From Mobula birostris (taxonomy: Eukaryota): a stretch of DNA of 64,000 bases. This document shows, piece by piece, positions 50,960-64,000 of this stretch. The number at the start of each line of letters is the position of its first letter. Position 1 is the first letter of the stretch. The stretch is from assembly GCF_030028105.1 (NCBI RefSeq), contig NC_092398.1, positions 25,373,649 through 25,437,648 on the forward strand. Direction: 5' to 3'. Below the pieces are notes generated by a model. That model worked only from the letters and a program-made list of their open reading frames with translations, was not told the origin of the DNA and searched no databases. The translations under genes were made by a program, and so were the position numbers.

Positions 50960-51330
50960 ATGGGGGTAAGATTAGGGACCAGGTCAGAGTCAGGGCCCGA
51001 GGGCTTAGAGTTAGTGATGGGGGTAGTATTACAAACTGGGGTATGTGTCTCTGTCTCTCAGTCGCTCTGTTTCTCACGACCTCTCTGTCTCCCTCACCCT
51101 CCCTCTCTGTCTTCCCCCCGCTCTGCCACTCCCACTCCTTTTCCCTCATCACCCCCACTCTGTATCCTCTCTCCCTCCCCCTTCTGTCTCTATCGCCCCT
51201 CCTCTTGTCGTGCACCCTGTCATTTCCCCTTCGTTTCCCTCTCTGTGTCCCTCTCTTTGTCTGTTTCCCTCTGTTACTGTCCCCCTCTCTATCGTTCCAT
51301 CTTTCTGCCCCTCCACCCTCTTTTTTCCAT
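50960..51330. repeat. CT-rich low-complexity tract
   Basis: Polypyrimidine composition; generates spurious ORFs on both strands. Confidence 0.75.
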
Positions 51331-51546
51331 TCATTATTAGCTGAGGACAACTTCTACCTCGTAGCAGAGTCTTAGAGAATCATAGGGCAAGTGAGCAGAG
51401 GTACAGGCCCTTCAGTCCTGCCCATCGTGCAAAACATGGTGCCCACTCAGCTTCTCCCAATTTCCTGAATTTGGCCAATACCCCTACACTCCTCACCATC
51501 CTCATCATGCACACTAATCTAAAGACGCTATAGATATAAAACTAAG

Positions 51547-54500
51547 ATGGCGCCGGTAACCGGCGACTCTGCACGTGCTCTCCCGAGGAAACTGCCCTCT
51601 ACACTATCCTACACCCGAGAAACCCTTCTAAACCTTAAATCTGTTACATTCAGCAAGATCAACAACACCCTGGCGAAGCTACTGACCCAGCTGGAGACCA
51701 ACGCGCCAGAACTGGTTCTTAAACTCCGGACCGCAGCTGGACCCCACCAGCGAGGCCTGGTCCGAGGCCCACCACGTTCCCAGAGACCCGCAGTCTGCTA
51801 CCCTGCGGGAGTGCTTGGAGACACGGCCCATTCCGAGAGCATCTCCGGAGCAGACGACCACACAGAAGTGACGTCGGAGACCTCAAGGTGCCCCAGACGC
51901 TCCCCCGGAGCGACCACCGTAAAGCCCCGTTGGTGGACATCCACAGCTGCCGGAAGTGAGGCCTCCGCAGTCGACCTCGGAAATCGAGCCCGAGGCTCGG
52001 CTGGAACGGAGGCCTCCGCAACCGTGACTCAGTTTACGGACTTGTTTCAGCCAGGAGCCCGGCCCTCCGGGATTAATTGAAGCTGAGGGGCTTCAGGGTC
52101 CCTATACCCACCATCCTACTAGCTAATGTGCAAGCCATAGAGAACAAGGTGGATGATCTTAAAGGGAGACTCACCTACTGCAGGGAGATGCAGAACTGCT
52201 GTGTATTCTGTTTCACCGAGCCCTGGCTATCCCCTGCAACCCCCGACTGTGCCATCCAACCGGAGGGATTTTCGATCCATCAGATAGACTGCACGGCGTC
52301 TTCGGGCAAGACGAGGGGAGGTGGTGTCTCCCTACTGATCAACACTGCATGGTGCTCAGACACAGTGGCACTGACAAGCTTCTACAGCCCGGACCTGGAA
52401 CATCTGTCGGTGAAGTGTCATCTCTACTATCTGCCACAGGAATTCACCTTGGTCATACTGACAGCGGTCTACATTCCCCCCCAGGCGGCTGCGGAGTGTG
52501 TTCTGAACATACTGTATGCCAACATCAGTCAACTTGAGACCAGGTATCCGGAGGATTTGTTCATTACAGCCGGGGACTTTAACCAGGCCAATCTTAGAAA
52601 GGCGCTGTCAAAGTTATACCAACATGTCTCCTGCCCCACTAGAGGCCCGAATATACTTGACCACTGCTACACAGCAGTCAAGGATGCCTACCGTTCCGTC
52701 CCATGACCTCACTTCGGAAAATCGGACCATCAGGCCGTACTCCTCCTCCCGGCTTACAAACAGAAACTGAAGGGGAGGTCACGGTGTCAAAGGTAGTGTC
52801 GCGTTGGACGGAGGAAACGGATTAGGTCCTCCGTGACTGCTTTGAGTCGGTGGACTGGTTAGTATTCAAGGACTCGGCAGCTAACCTCGATGACTATGCC
52901 TCAGCTGTCACGCACTTTATTTGGAAATGCACGGAGCACTGTGTGTCTCGCAAGACGATTTAGGTATTCCCTAAACGGAAACCTTGGATGAATTATGAGG
53001 TCAAGTCCCTTTTAAAAGCTAGAGCTGCAGCGGTTAGGTCCAGAGATACCAGTCGCTACACAGAATCCAGGCGTGAACTCCGGAAAGCCATTAAGGGTGC
53101 CAAGAGGCAACATCGAGCCAAGTTGGAAGCCCAGGCTAACCAGAGGGATGCCAGTAGACTATGGCAGGGTCTAAATGAGATCACTGGGCACGAAGAAAAG
53201 GCTGGGAATATCAATGATTGTGGTGCTTCTCTTCCTGACGAACTTAATGTATTCTACGCAAGATTCGAACAGAAGAGGAGTGTCCCGCTCCCTCTGGATG
53301 AACCGGACCTGGTGGCATCGAGATTCATCGTCACCGAGGAGGATGTTAGAAGGGCCTTCCTGAAGATAAATCCAAGGAAGACGATGGACCCAGATGGCGT
53401 CCCGGGACGGGTTCTCCGGGCCTGTGCAAGCGAGCTAGCTGGAGTATTTGCTGACATCTTCAACTGCTCCTTGCTTCAGTCTCAGATCCCCTCGTGTTTT
53501 AAGAAGGCAACGATAATCCCAGTGCCGAAGAAGAGCAAGGTGGCATGCCTGAATGACTATCCAAGAGCTGGACAGGTGATTAGCAAAAGGGGTATCAGAG
53601 GATCATGGGACAGGAGGCCCAGGGAGAAGGAAAAGGGGGAAGGGGGGAAAAACCCAGAGGATGGGCAAGGGGTATAGTCAGAGGGACAGAGGGAGAAAAA
53701 GGAGAGTGAGAGAAAGAATGTGTGTATAAAAATAACGGATGGGGTACGAGGGGGAGGTGGGGCATCAGCGGAAGCTAGAGAAGTCAATGTTCATGCCATC
53801 AGGTTGGAGGCAACGCAGGCGGAATATAAGGTGTTGTTCCTCCAAGCTGAGTGTGGCTTCATCTTTACAGTAGAGGAAGCCGTGGACAGACATGTCAGAA
53901 TGGGAATGGGATGTGGAATTAAAGTGTGTGGCCACTGGGAGATACTGCTTTCTCTGACGGACAGAGCGCAGGTGTTCAGCACCTATTTCAGCTAGTTCAG
54001 TTCTGAACCTATTCTGGTATCTGTCCCCCACTTTTCCTTCGCTACATCGATGACTGCATTGGCGCTGCTTCCTGCACGCATACTGAGTTCGTTGACTTTA
54101 TTAACTTTGCCTCCAACTTTCACCCTGCCCTCAAGTTTATCTGGTCCATTTCCGACAGCTCCCTCCCCTTTCCAGATCTTTCTGTCTCTATCTCTGGAGA
54201 CAGCTTATCTACTGATGTCTACTATAAGCCTTCTGACTCTCACAGCTATCTGGACTATTCCTCTTCTCACCCTGTCTCTTGCAAAAATTTCATCCCCTTC
54301 TCGCAATTCCTCCGTCTCCGCCACATCTGCTCTCAGGATGAGGCTTTTCATTCCAGGACGAGGGAGATATCCTCCTTTTTAAAGAAAGGGGCTTCCCGTC
54401 CTCCACCATCAACTCTGCTCTCAAATGCATCTCCCTCATTTCACGCACATCTGCTCTCACTCCATCCTCCCGCCACCCCACTAGGAATAGGGTTCCCCTG

Positions 54501-56035
54501 GTCCTCACCTACCACCCCACCAGCCTCCGGGTCCAACATATTATTCTCCGTAACTTCCGCCACCTCCAACGGGATCCCACCACGAAGCACATCTTTCCCT
54601 CCCCACCCCCGCTTTCCGCAGGGATCGCTCCCTACGCGACTCCCTTGTCCATTCGTTCCCTCCTCCATCCTGATCCTCTCAAATCCCCTTTTGCCAATCA
54701 CCCGTCCAGTTCTTGGCTCCATCCCTCCCCCTCCTGTCTTCTCCTATCATTTTGGATCTCCCCCTCCCCCTCCTACTTTCGAATCTCTTACTAGCTCTTC
54801 TTTTGGTTAATCCTGATGAAGGGTCTCCACCCGAAACGTCGACTGTACCTCTTCCTACAGATGCTGCCTGGCCTGCTGCGTTCACCAGCAACTTGGGTGC
54901 TGAGGGCGATCTGGCTGCGACATCTGTCACCCTATTGATCGCTAGGGTTGATTCGGCTGATCTGGCTGGCTAGGCGGGTGTCCCCTCTCCCTCACAGCTC
55001 CATGTGTGTCCCTCCCGAAGCTCAGCGCTTGGTCACAGAGGATGGCCCCCAAGAAGAAGACCACTCCGCCGGTCTGGGTATATGACGTAGCTACTCTCCT
55101 GCTAGACTAAACCTCCAAGACCAACTGTGTAGCCAACTTTCCATCGAACTCAATATATAAGTTTGCTGGTGACACAACTATGGTAGGCCGTATCTCGGGT
55201 AATGATGAGTTTGAGTACAGAGAGGAAATTAAGAACCTGTTGGCATGGGGCAAAGACAATAACCTATCCCTCAACGTCAGCAAGACCAAGGAATTGGTTG
55301 TTGACTTCAGAAGGAGTAGCGGACCGCACGACCCAATTTACATCAGTGGTGCGCAAGTGGAACAGGTCAAAAGCTTTCAGTTCCTTGGGGTCAATATCAC
55401 AAATGACCTGACTTGGTCCAACCAAGCAGAGTCCACTGCCAAGAAGGCCCACCAGTGCCTTTACTCCTGAGAAAACTAAAGGAATTTGGCCTGTCCCCTA
55501 AAACCCTTCTAATTTTTATAGCTGCACTGTAGAAACCATTCTTCTAGGGTGCATCACAACCTGGTATGGAAGTTGTCCTGTCCAAGACCGGAAGAAGCTG
55601 CAGAAGATCGTGAACACGGCGCAGCACATCACACAAACCAATCTTCCGTCCTTGGACTCACTTTACACTGTACGCTGTCGGAGCAGTGCTGCCAGGATAA
55701 TCAAGGACACGACCCACCCAGCCAACACACTTTTCGTCCCTCTTCCCTCCGGGAGAAGGCTCAGGAGCTTGAAGACTCATACGGCCAGATTTGGGAACAG
55801 CTTCTTTCCAACTGTGATAAGACTGCTGAACGGATCCTGACCCGGATCTGGGCCGTACCCTCCAAATATCCGGACCTGCCTATCGGTTTTTTTGCACTAA
55901 CTTACTTTCCATTTTTCTATTTATGATTTATAAATTAAGTTTTTAATATTTACTATCGATTTGTAATTCAGGGAGAAGGAAGCAAAGAATCTATATTTTA
56001 GTATCAATTGTTTGGCGACAATAAAGTATAAAGTA
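51547..56035 (+). mobile_element. Rex1/Babar-like LINE, interrupted and missing the RT core
   Basis: EN ORF 52077-52706 (LLANVQAIENKVDDL, CFTEPWL, AGDFN); tether/RT start 52988-53565; RT C-terminus resumes at about 55115 (KF-GDTT, LNVSKTKE); 3' tail to about 56035. Confidence 0.85.
53566..54895. mobile_element. Rearranged Penelope-like element (RT thumb on +, GIY-YIG end on -)
   Basis: Plus strand 54040-54660 reads RYIDDCIG...FHPALKF...YYKPSDSHSYLDYSSSHP...SQFLRLR. Minus strand 53765-54000 reads EHLRSV...PVATHFNS...EQHLIFRL...QPDGMNIDF. Confidence 0.8.
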
Positions 56036-56339
56036 TAAACTGGCATTCTTTGCAAGCAAATCTATGCAAATACCTCTTCAGTGCTCGTATTGTATCTGCC
56101 TCAACCACTTCCTTTGACAGATCATTCCATCTACTTACCACCCTCTGTGTAAATAAAAACATTGATCTTCAGGTCCCTTGTAAATGATCCTGTCTCACCT
56201 GACAATTGACAGTACAGCTCTGTGTTGGTTTGCCTTCCCAGAATGCATCATTTTGTGTCATCCACGACCTTAGTGATCAGGCCTGGTGAATATGTGACCA
56301 ACCCTGTAGCAACCCACTAGTCACCAGCCGCCATTCAGA

Positions 56340-57850
56340 GACACAACCTTCAACCCCCACCCTCTGCTTCCTGCCTCCTATCATAAGACCATAAGATATA
56401 GGAGGAGAGTTAGGCCATTTGGCCCAAGAGTCTGCTCTGCTATTTCATTATGGCTGATTCAATTTCCTCTCAGCCCCAATTTCCTGCATTCTTCCTATAT
56501 CCCTTCATGCCCTGACTAGTCAAGAATCTATCAACCTCTGCCTTAAATATACCTATAGACTTGGCCACCACATCTGGCTGTGGAAACAAATTGCACAGAT
56601 TCACCACTCTCTGGCTGAAGAAATTTCTCCTCATCTCCATTCAAAAAGAACACCTCAGTATTATGGGTCTGCATCCTCTGGTCTTAGACTCTCCACCACT
56701 GGAAACATCCTTTCCACCTCCACTCGAAAGATGCCTTTCAACATCCAACAAGTTTCAATTAGGTCACCCCTAATTCTTCTGAATTCTAGTGAGTACAGGT
56801 CCAGAGCCATCAAATACACTTCATATCACAAGCCTCTCAATCATGGACCTCCTTTGAACACTTTCCAATGTCAACACATTCTTTCTAAGATCAGGGGCCC
56901 AAAGCTGCTCACAATACTCCACAGCAGTGCTATTTAAAGGCTCAACATTATATCCTTGCTTTTACATTATACACCTCTTGAAATGAATGTTCGCATTGCA
57001 TTTGCCTTCCTCATCTCTGACTCAACCTGCCATTTAATCTTTAGGGAACCTGCACAAGGACTCCCAAGCCCCTTTTCATCTCAGATTGTTGAATTTTCTC
57101 TACACTTAGAAAATAGTCCACCCTTTTATTTCTTCTGCCAAAGTACATGACCATATACTTCCTGACACTTTATTCCATCTGCCACTTCTTTGCCCATTCT
57201 CTTAACCTGTCTGTCCCTCTGTATTCTCTCCACTTCCTCAAAACAACATACCTCTCCACCTATCTTTGTCTCGTCTGCAAAACTTGCAACAAAGCTATCA
57301 ATTCCATCTTCCAAATCATTGACATATAATGTAAAAGGAAGCAGTCCCAACACAGGACCCTGTGGAACACCAACAGTCACTGGCAGCCAACCAGAAAAGG
57401 CTCCCATCATTCAAAATCTTTGCCTCCTGCCAATCAGCCACTGTCTTATCCATGCTAGTAACTTTCTGTAATACCATGGCCTCTTATCTTGTTCAGCAGC
57501 TTTATGTCTGACACCTTGTCAAAGGCCTTCTGAAAATCAAAGTACACGACATCCACTGACGCTCCTTTGTCTATCTTGCCTGTTATTTCCTCAATGAATT
57601 CCAACAGATTTGTCAGACAAGATATCCCCTTAAGGACACCATGGCCTATTTTATCATGTTCCTCCAAGTACCCACAAAACCTCCTCCTTGACAATCGGCT
57701 CCAACATCTTCCCAACTACTGAGGTCAGACTAACTGGCCTACCATTTCCTTTCACTGCCTCTCTCCCTTCCTGAAGAGTGGAGTGACATTTGTAATTATC
57801 CAGTACTCTAGAATCATTCCAGAATCTCGTGATTCTTTAAAGATCATGAT
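56340..57850 (-). mobile_element. Degenerate CR1 LINE RT/3' region
   Basis: ORFs 57126-57410 and 57455-57715 (DFQKAFDKV, GVPQG, FADETK). Confidence 0.85.
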
Positions 57851-60700
57851 CAATATCTTCCGGTATCTATAGGCACCTCTTTCAGAACTCTCACGTGTAG
57901 CCCATCTCATCCTTCACCCCCCCCCTCGCTATCCATCCCATAGGATGATAATCGTTCCTTTCAGTCAGTTACTGGGGTGGTACCTCACTCCTCAGAAAGG
58001 AACAGCCTGTGTGTGAATGGATTTAGGTGAGTAGGGGGTGCACAGGTCCAGACCCACCCTCTCGACATCCCCTCCCAGACCCAGCAGCATGGTGGGGTCC
58101 AAGACGGCTGGGGGAAGTTCCGTTGCAGTGAATGGCCAGACAAAGCTTCGATGCAAGGGATGCCCTTTCCGCGCTTCGCGGCACGTGTTTGCTAGAAGGC
58201 CGTTGACCCTACGAGAGGGTTCATCCGCACTTTGATAGGTCTTCTTTTTCGTCCTGCAGGGAATCTAGCCAACCTCCTCACCAGGCAAGCCTGGTGGGGG
58301 AGCCGGTTTAGTCACCGACCACCCGACCATGCAATAGGTAGTACTAGGTTACACGGTACCAGTAGCACTCAGACGACCAACCTGACAAAAAAAGTATCTC
58401 ATCCTTATTGCCTCTCTCGTTCTGCATTCCAACCCATAACACAGCATGTGAATGTTTGCACAAGCGGAGCCACCATTGTTGCAGCACTGATTGTTGGGAT
58501 AGGCCAGTGGTAAAAGTGGATTGTCAGGCATTCGCTCAAAGGAGTCTTCAGCACAGAAGAGGCACTGGCTCTGGGTAACTTGAGGGGGGTACTTAGTGTA
58601 GTTTAGAAGGCCTTTGCGTGTTATTCACGTTGGATGTTGAAGTCTTGGGTGCCCCACGGGCAACTACATGTATGTGAGGTGCGTCCAGCTGCAGATACTG
58701 CAAGACATTGCTATGGATCAGGAGCAGCAGCTGCAAGACCTTCGGCTTGTACAGGAGAGTGAGGAGATCATCCATCAGATGTTCTGGGAATCTAAGGTGC
58801 AGGAGTTTGATAACTGAGTGACTGTCAAGGGAAGGAATTGGATGATGAATAGGTAGTTAGCTCACAGCAGCTCTTGGGTAACTGCGCTAAATAATAAGAA
58901 AAACATAGTGGATACTATTTTTTGAGATAACCTCTCAGGAGAATGCCACGGAGACTAGGTGGGTTGCACTGACCATGGATTGCAGAAGGGAAAGAGGGAG
59001 AGTTGGGAGCGTTTGAGTTGGAGGACTCAATAGCCAGAGGGATTGAAAAAAAAATTCTGTTGAGGTGAACGGGACACACGGATGGTCTGTTGCCGCACAG
59101 ATGCCTGGGTAACAAATGACACAGATAGCGTCCATAGCATTGTGGAGGGGAGGGAGAGCAGCCAGAAGTCTTGGTACAAAGACGTTAAACAGAGAGGATT
59201 TAAAGAGCTAGACAGAATGCTGAGATGCAACATATTCAGGATTACTGCCTGTGACATGTGCCAGGGACAGTAGAAACAGAATGATTTTGCAGATACATGT
59301 GTGGCTGAGAATTTGGAGCAGCGGGTGAAGTGCTTCATGTTCTTGGATCGTTCAGATCTCTTCTGGGGGAGGTATGACCTGTACAGAAGGGAAAGGTTGC
59401 AGCTGAAGCCGATGAAGTCCAATATTCTCATGCACTGGTTTCTTAGAGCTATTGGGGAGGGTTTAGATTAATTTTGCAGGGGGGTGGAAACCAAAGGGAA
59501 TGGGGTCAGGACAGCAAAACAACAAAAGTAGCAGGCAGTCAGACTGTAAGGAAGGGCAACTACATGATCAGACAAAATGCAGTCAGCAGGGTGAGTATCA
59601 TCAGTGCATGAGGATGCAGAATAAAAAAAGGTTGCAAGCACTATACTCAAAGCCTTATATCTCATTCAAAAGAATATAAGAAATAAGCTAGATGATCTTA
59701 CTGCACTTTTACAAATTGTCATGTATGATCTTGTGGACATCACCAATTCGTGGCTGAAAGATTGCTTGGTAGGTAGGTGAATTTCCAGTGTACATTATAT
59801 TGAAAGGGGACAAACATAGGCTGCATCGCTCTGCTGTCAGACAATGGTATCAACTACTGAGAAAGGTGTGACATAGGATTGGAAGATGTTGAATTCTTGT
59901 TGATTGCGTAACAAAACTGCAATGGAAAAAGACCCTGATGGCAGTATATGCAGCTCCCCAAACAGTAACAGGAATGTAGGCTACAGAATACAACAGAAAT
60001 AGAAATGGCGTACCAAAAGAGAAATGTTATGATAGTAAGGGGAAATTTTAACATGCAGGTAGATTGGGAAAATTAGGTTGGTAAAAGAACTCAGAAGAGT
60101 GTGAATTCAGAAGGACTTAGACAGTTTTGGAGAATGGGCACAAAAGCAGCAAATTAAATACTATGTTGGAAAATGCATGGTCTCACACTTCATCAATAGA
60201 AATAACTCTGCAGACTATTTTCTAAACAGACTGCAATCGAAACATCTGAGATGCAAAGGGACTTGGAAGTTCTTCTGCAGAGCACCTTAAAGGTTTATAT
60301 GCAGTTTATGAAATGGAGTTCCTACGTAAACCCCAGAAAGCTAACAAAATGCCGTTAACAAATAGTTACAATTCAATGCATTCAGATTTAGTACCGGTTA
60401 TTCCTTATTCTTTCTGATCTGATACATCTAACCCGAGACGAATCTGGAATCAGCAGCTGCACGCACGACCAACTAGAACATAAAAATTTGCCAAAATGAA
60501 ACACTCCAGCACCTGAAGCCACGCAGAACAAATGTTAACTGAGTTGTGCCTGCCCCAACAACGTCAAGCATCAGTACAAAAATTCTCATCGTTTTACTCA
60601 CAGCAACTAGAGTGGCTGGCCTAATTACTAAAATATTGAGACTTTGTTAATCCCAATAGACAGAAAGCAGAAACAAAGAGGTCCTTTGTTCTATGCCTAC

Positions 60701-61015
60701 CTTCTGAACAAATCACTCCTGCATCCTCTCCATGACCGCAGTTATGACTCCCCCATCCTCGGAAGGCACATTCCCAAAGGGCGGATTCATTTCCATTGCA
60801 TGCAACATCATCCATCCAGATATTCCCGCTGCCTTGCCCAAAGCGTGCCCCCGGTATTGCTGCTGCAGCAGAGGGACAACCCAACTCATTGCAGACAACC
60901 TTGGCGTCTTCAGTGCCCCATCCATCGGCGCATACCGTTCCCCACTGTGCATTGTACCGCACCTCCACTCTCCCTGAACAACGATCGCTGCCGCCTACCA
61001 GCCTTACTTCGGGCA
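60701..61015 (-). CDS. Group-B SRCR domain exon of a DMBT1/CD163/SSC5D-like scavenger receptor
   Basis: 315 nt, phase 1-1, acceptor gtcattccAG, donor G|GTAGGC. Contains [21 protein letters not shown] and [13 protein letters not shown]; 8 Cys in one exon. Confidence 0.93.
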
Positions 61016-63318
61016 CTGGAATGACATTCAAAAAAGAAATTACTGTATTTTTTGGAGTTTCACTTCAGGTATGTTCAGTTCTGCATTCCTATCCATGACA
61101 CAGCATGTGAATGTTTGCACAAGCGTAGCCACCATTATTACAGCACTGACTGTAGGGCTACGCCATAGGTAAAAGTGGATTGTCAGGCATTCGCTCAAAG
61201 GAGTCTTCAGCACAGAAGAGGCACTGGCTCTGGGTAACTTGAGGGGGGTACTTAGTGTAGTTTAGAAGGCCTTTGCGTGTTATTCCTGTTGGATGTTGAA
61301 GTCTTGCGAGCCCCACGGGCAACTACATGTATGTGAGGTGCGTCCAGCTACAGATTCTGCAAGAACGTGCTATGGATCGGAAGCAGCAGCTGCAAGACCT
61401 TCAGCTTCTACGGGAGAGTGAGGAGATCATCCATCAGAGCTGCAGGAGTCTGATAACTGAGTGACTGTCAGGGAAGGAATTAGACAGTGAATAGATAGTT
61501 AGCTCACAGCAGCTCTTGGGTAAATTCTCTGAATAATAAGTATATCATTTTGGATACTATTTTTTGAAATATCCTCTCAGCAGAATGCCACGGAGACCAG
61601 GTGGGTTGCACTGACCACGGATTGCAGAAGGGAAAGAGAGAGTCGTGAGCGGTTGAGATGGAGGACTCGATAGTCAGAGGAATCGAAAATAAAGATTGTT
61701 GATGTGAACGGGACACACGGATGGTCTGTTGCTCCCTCCCAGGTGCAATGGACTCGGATCGCGTCCATAGCATTGTCCGGGGGAGGGAGAGCAGCCTGAA
61801 ATCTTGGTACAAAGAGGTTCTGCAATGAGGATTTAAAAAGCTGGACAAAATGCTGAGACGCAACACATTCAGGATTATTGCCTGCGTCACGCATCAGGGA
61901 CGGTAGAAACAGCATGATTTGGCAGATAAATGCATGGCTGAGAATTTGGAGCAGGGAGTGAAGTGCTCCAGGTTCTTGGATCATTCGGATCTCTTCTACG
62001 GGAGGGATGACCTGTACAGAAGGGAAGGGTTGCAGCTGAAGCCGATGGGGACCAACGTTCTCACACACTGGTTTCTCATTGCTACTGAGGAGGGTTTAAA
62101 CTAATTTTGCAAGGGGGTGGAAACCGAAGGGAATGCGGTCAGGACAGCGCGGATGGTAAAAGAGAACAGATAGCACGCAGTCAGTCTGGTAGGAAAGGCG
62201 GGCAGATGATCGAAAGAAAAAAAAGCTACCAGCAGAGTGAGTATCAGTGCATTAGGGATGCAGAATCAAACAGGGTTACAATACTGTTCTCAACGTCTAT
62301 TGAGCACAACAACACGGCTCTTTTACAAATTGTCGCGTATGATCTTGTGGACATCACCAATTCGTTACTGAAAGATTGTTTGGTGGGTAGTTGAATTTCC
62401 AGTGTACATTGTATCGAAAGTGCATGAAGATAGGCTGGGGGTGTGGCATCGCTCTGCTGTTAGAGAATGGCATCAAATACTAAGATATGACATAGGATGG
62501 GAAGATGTTCAATCCTTGTCAGTTCAGTAATGAAACTGCAATGGAAATGGACCCTGATGGTAGTATATGCAGCTCTCCAAACAGAAACTGGAATGTAGGC
62601 TGCAGAATACAACAGAAACAGAAATGGCGTACCAAAAGGGAAATGTTATGCTAGTAAGGGGAAATTTTAACATGCAGGTAGATTGGGAAAATTAGGTTGG
62701 TAAAAGAACTCAAAAGAGTGTGAATTCAGAAGGACTTAGACAGTTTTGGAGAATGGGCACAAAAGCAGCAAATTAAATACTAAGTTGGAAAATGCATGGT
62801 CTCACACTTCATCAGTAGAAATAATTCTGCAGACTCTTTTCTAAACAGACTGCAATCGAAACATCTGAGATGCAAAGGGACTTGGAAGTTCTTCTGTAGA
62901 GCACCTTAAACGTTTATATGCAGTTTATGAAATGGAGTTCCTACGTAAACCCCAGAAAGCTAACGAAATGTCGTTAACAAATAGTTACAATTCAATGCAT
63001 ACAGATTTAGTACCGGTTATTCCTTATTCTTTCTGATCTGATACATCTAACCCGAGACGAATCTGGAATCCGCACCTGTATGCACGACCAACTAGAACAG
63101 AAAAATTTGCCAAAATGAAACACTCCAGCACCTGAAGCCACGCAGAACAAATGTTAATTAAGTTGTGCCTGCCCAACAACGTCAAGCATCAGTACAAAAA
63201 TTCTCATTGTTTTACTCACAGCAACTAGAGTGGCTGGCCTAATTACTAAAATATTGAGACTTTGTTAATCCCAATAGACAGAAAGCAGAAACAAAGAGGT
63301 CCTTTGTTCTATGCCTAC

Positions 63319-63633
63319 CTTCTGAACAAATCACTCCTGCATCCTCTCCATGACCGCAGTTATGACTCCCCCATCCTCGGAAGGCACATTCCCAAAGGGC
63401 GGATTCATTTCCATTGCATGCAACATCATCCATCCAGATATTCCCGCTGCCTTGCCCGAAGTGTGCCCCCGAGATTGCTGCTGCAGCAGAGGGACAACCT
63501 AACTCATTGCAGACAACCTTGGCATCTTCAGTGCTCCATCCATCGTCACAAACCGTTCCCCACTGTGCATTGTACCGCACCTCCACTCTCCCTGAACAAC
63601 GATCACTGCCGCCTACCAGCCTTACTTCGGGCA
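63319..63633 (-). CDS. Group-B SRCR domain exon (upstream repeat of the same gene)
   Basis: Same structure as 60701-61015 at a 2618-bp offset; 4 amino-acid differences. Confidence 0.93.
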
Positions 63634-64000
63634 CTGGAATGACATTCAAAAAAGAAATTACTGTATTTTTTGGAGTTTCACTTCAGGTATGTTCAGTTCT
63701 GCATTCCTATCCATGACACAGCATGTGAATGTTTGCACAAGCGGAGCCACCATTGTTACAGCACTGACTGTTGGGATACGTCACAAGTTGGGATACAGAC
63801 TATTTTCTAAACAGACTGAAATCGAAACATCTGAGATGCAAAGGGACTTGGAAGTTCTTCTGTAGAGCACCTTAAACGTTTATATGCAGTTTATGAAATG
63901 GAGTTCCTACGTGAACCCCAGAAAGCTAACGAAATGCCGTTAACAAATAGTTACAATTCAATGCATACAGATTTAGTATCGGTTATTCCTTATACTTTCT

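Larger units (their letters stand above)
58420..64000. repeat. Tandem array of about 2.6-kb SRCR-exon + intron units (units start at about 58436, 61093, 63713)
   Basis: CCAT(G/A)ACACAGCATGTGAATGTTTGCACAAGCG recurs at each unit start. Each full unit contains a degraded + strand CR1 (ORF1 esterase and EN/RT remnants) and one SRCR exon. The third unit is internally deleted and runs off the window. Confidence 0.9.

Noticed and set aside
50859-51375. 160-aa ORFs on both strands
   Set aside because: They arise from a CT/GA low-complexity tract.
58279-58296. Perfect hairpin CACCAGGC-AA-GCCTGGTG considered as P4 of an HDV-like ribozyme in an RTE-like 5' UTR
   Set aside because: A partial P1 can be drawn, but I could not build P2, P3/L3 and P1.1 in the required order. 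An Infernal/RNArobo search would settle it.
58340-58380. Possible terminal SRCR-gene exon (GWSSECYWYRVT*) after tttttttgtcAG
   Set aside because: It overlaps a repeat-like structured element, has no protein motif, and cannot be supported.

Overview
Repeat-dense vertebrate genomic DNA, probably a cartilaginous fish (shark or ray). That taxon is inferred from the CR1, V-SINE, Rex, Penelope and Tc1 repertoire and from the gene content. The window holds a convergent (tail-to-tail) pair of multi-exon MHC genes that the ORF track shows only in fragments. The beta-type chain is on + (leader 8348-8465, beta1 9438-9668, Ig-C1 beta2 11536-11817, TM 13818-13919, probable tail 17932-18008; 269 aa). The alpha-type chain is on - (alpha1 39095-38841, Ig-C1 alpha2 37463-37182, TM/stop 35679-35552; leader uncertain). 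The chain and TM organisation is class II-like, but alpha2 is strikingly beta2-microglobulin-like and the beta chain carries class I heavy-chain interface residues. This is the signature of the ancient W-category MHC (WA/WB), a known but rarely annotated group. Also present are a degenerate second beta2 exon (pseudo-WB, 4429-4701), a duplicated tail-exon segment inside WB intron 2, and several candidate promoter modules. A tandemly amplified group-B SRCR gene lies at the right end (about 2.6-kb units, - strand). The rest is largely nested transposons. All exon calls are by hand from splice signals and phase, without transcript data.
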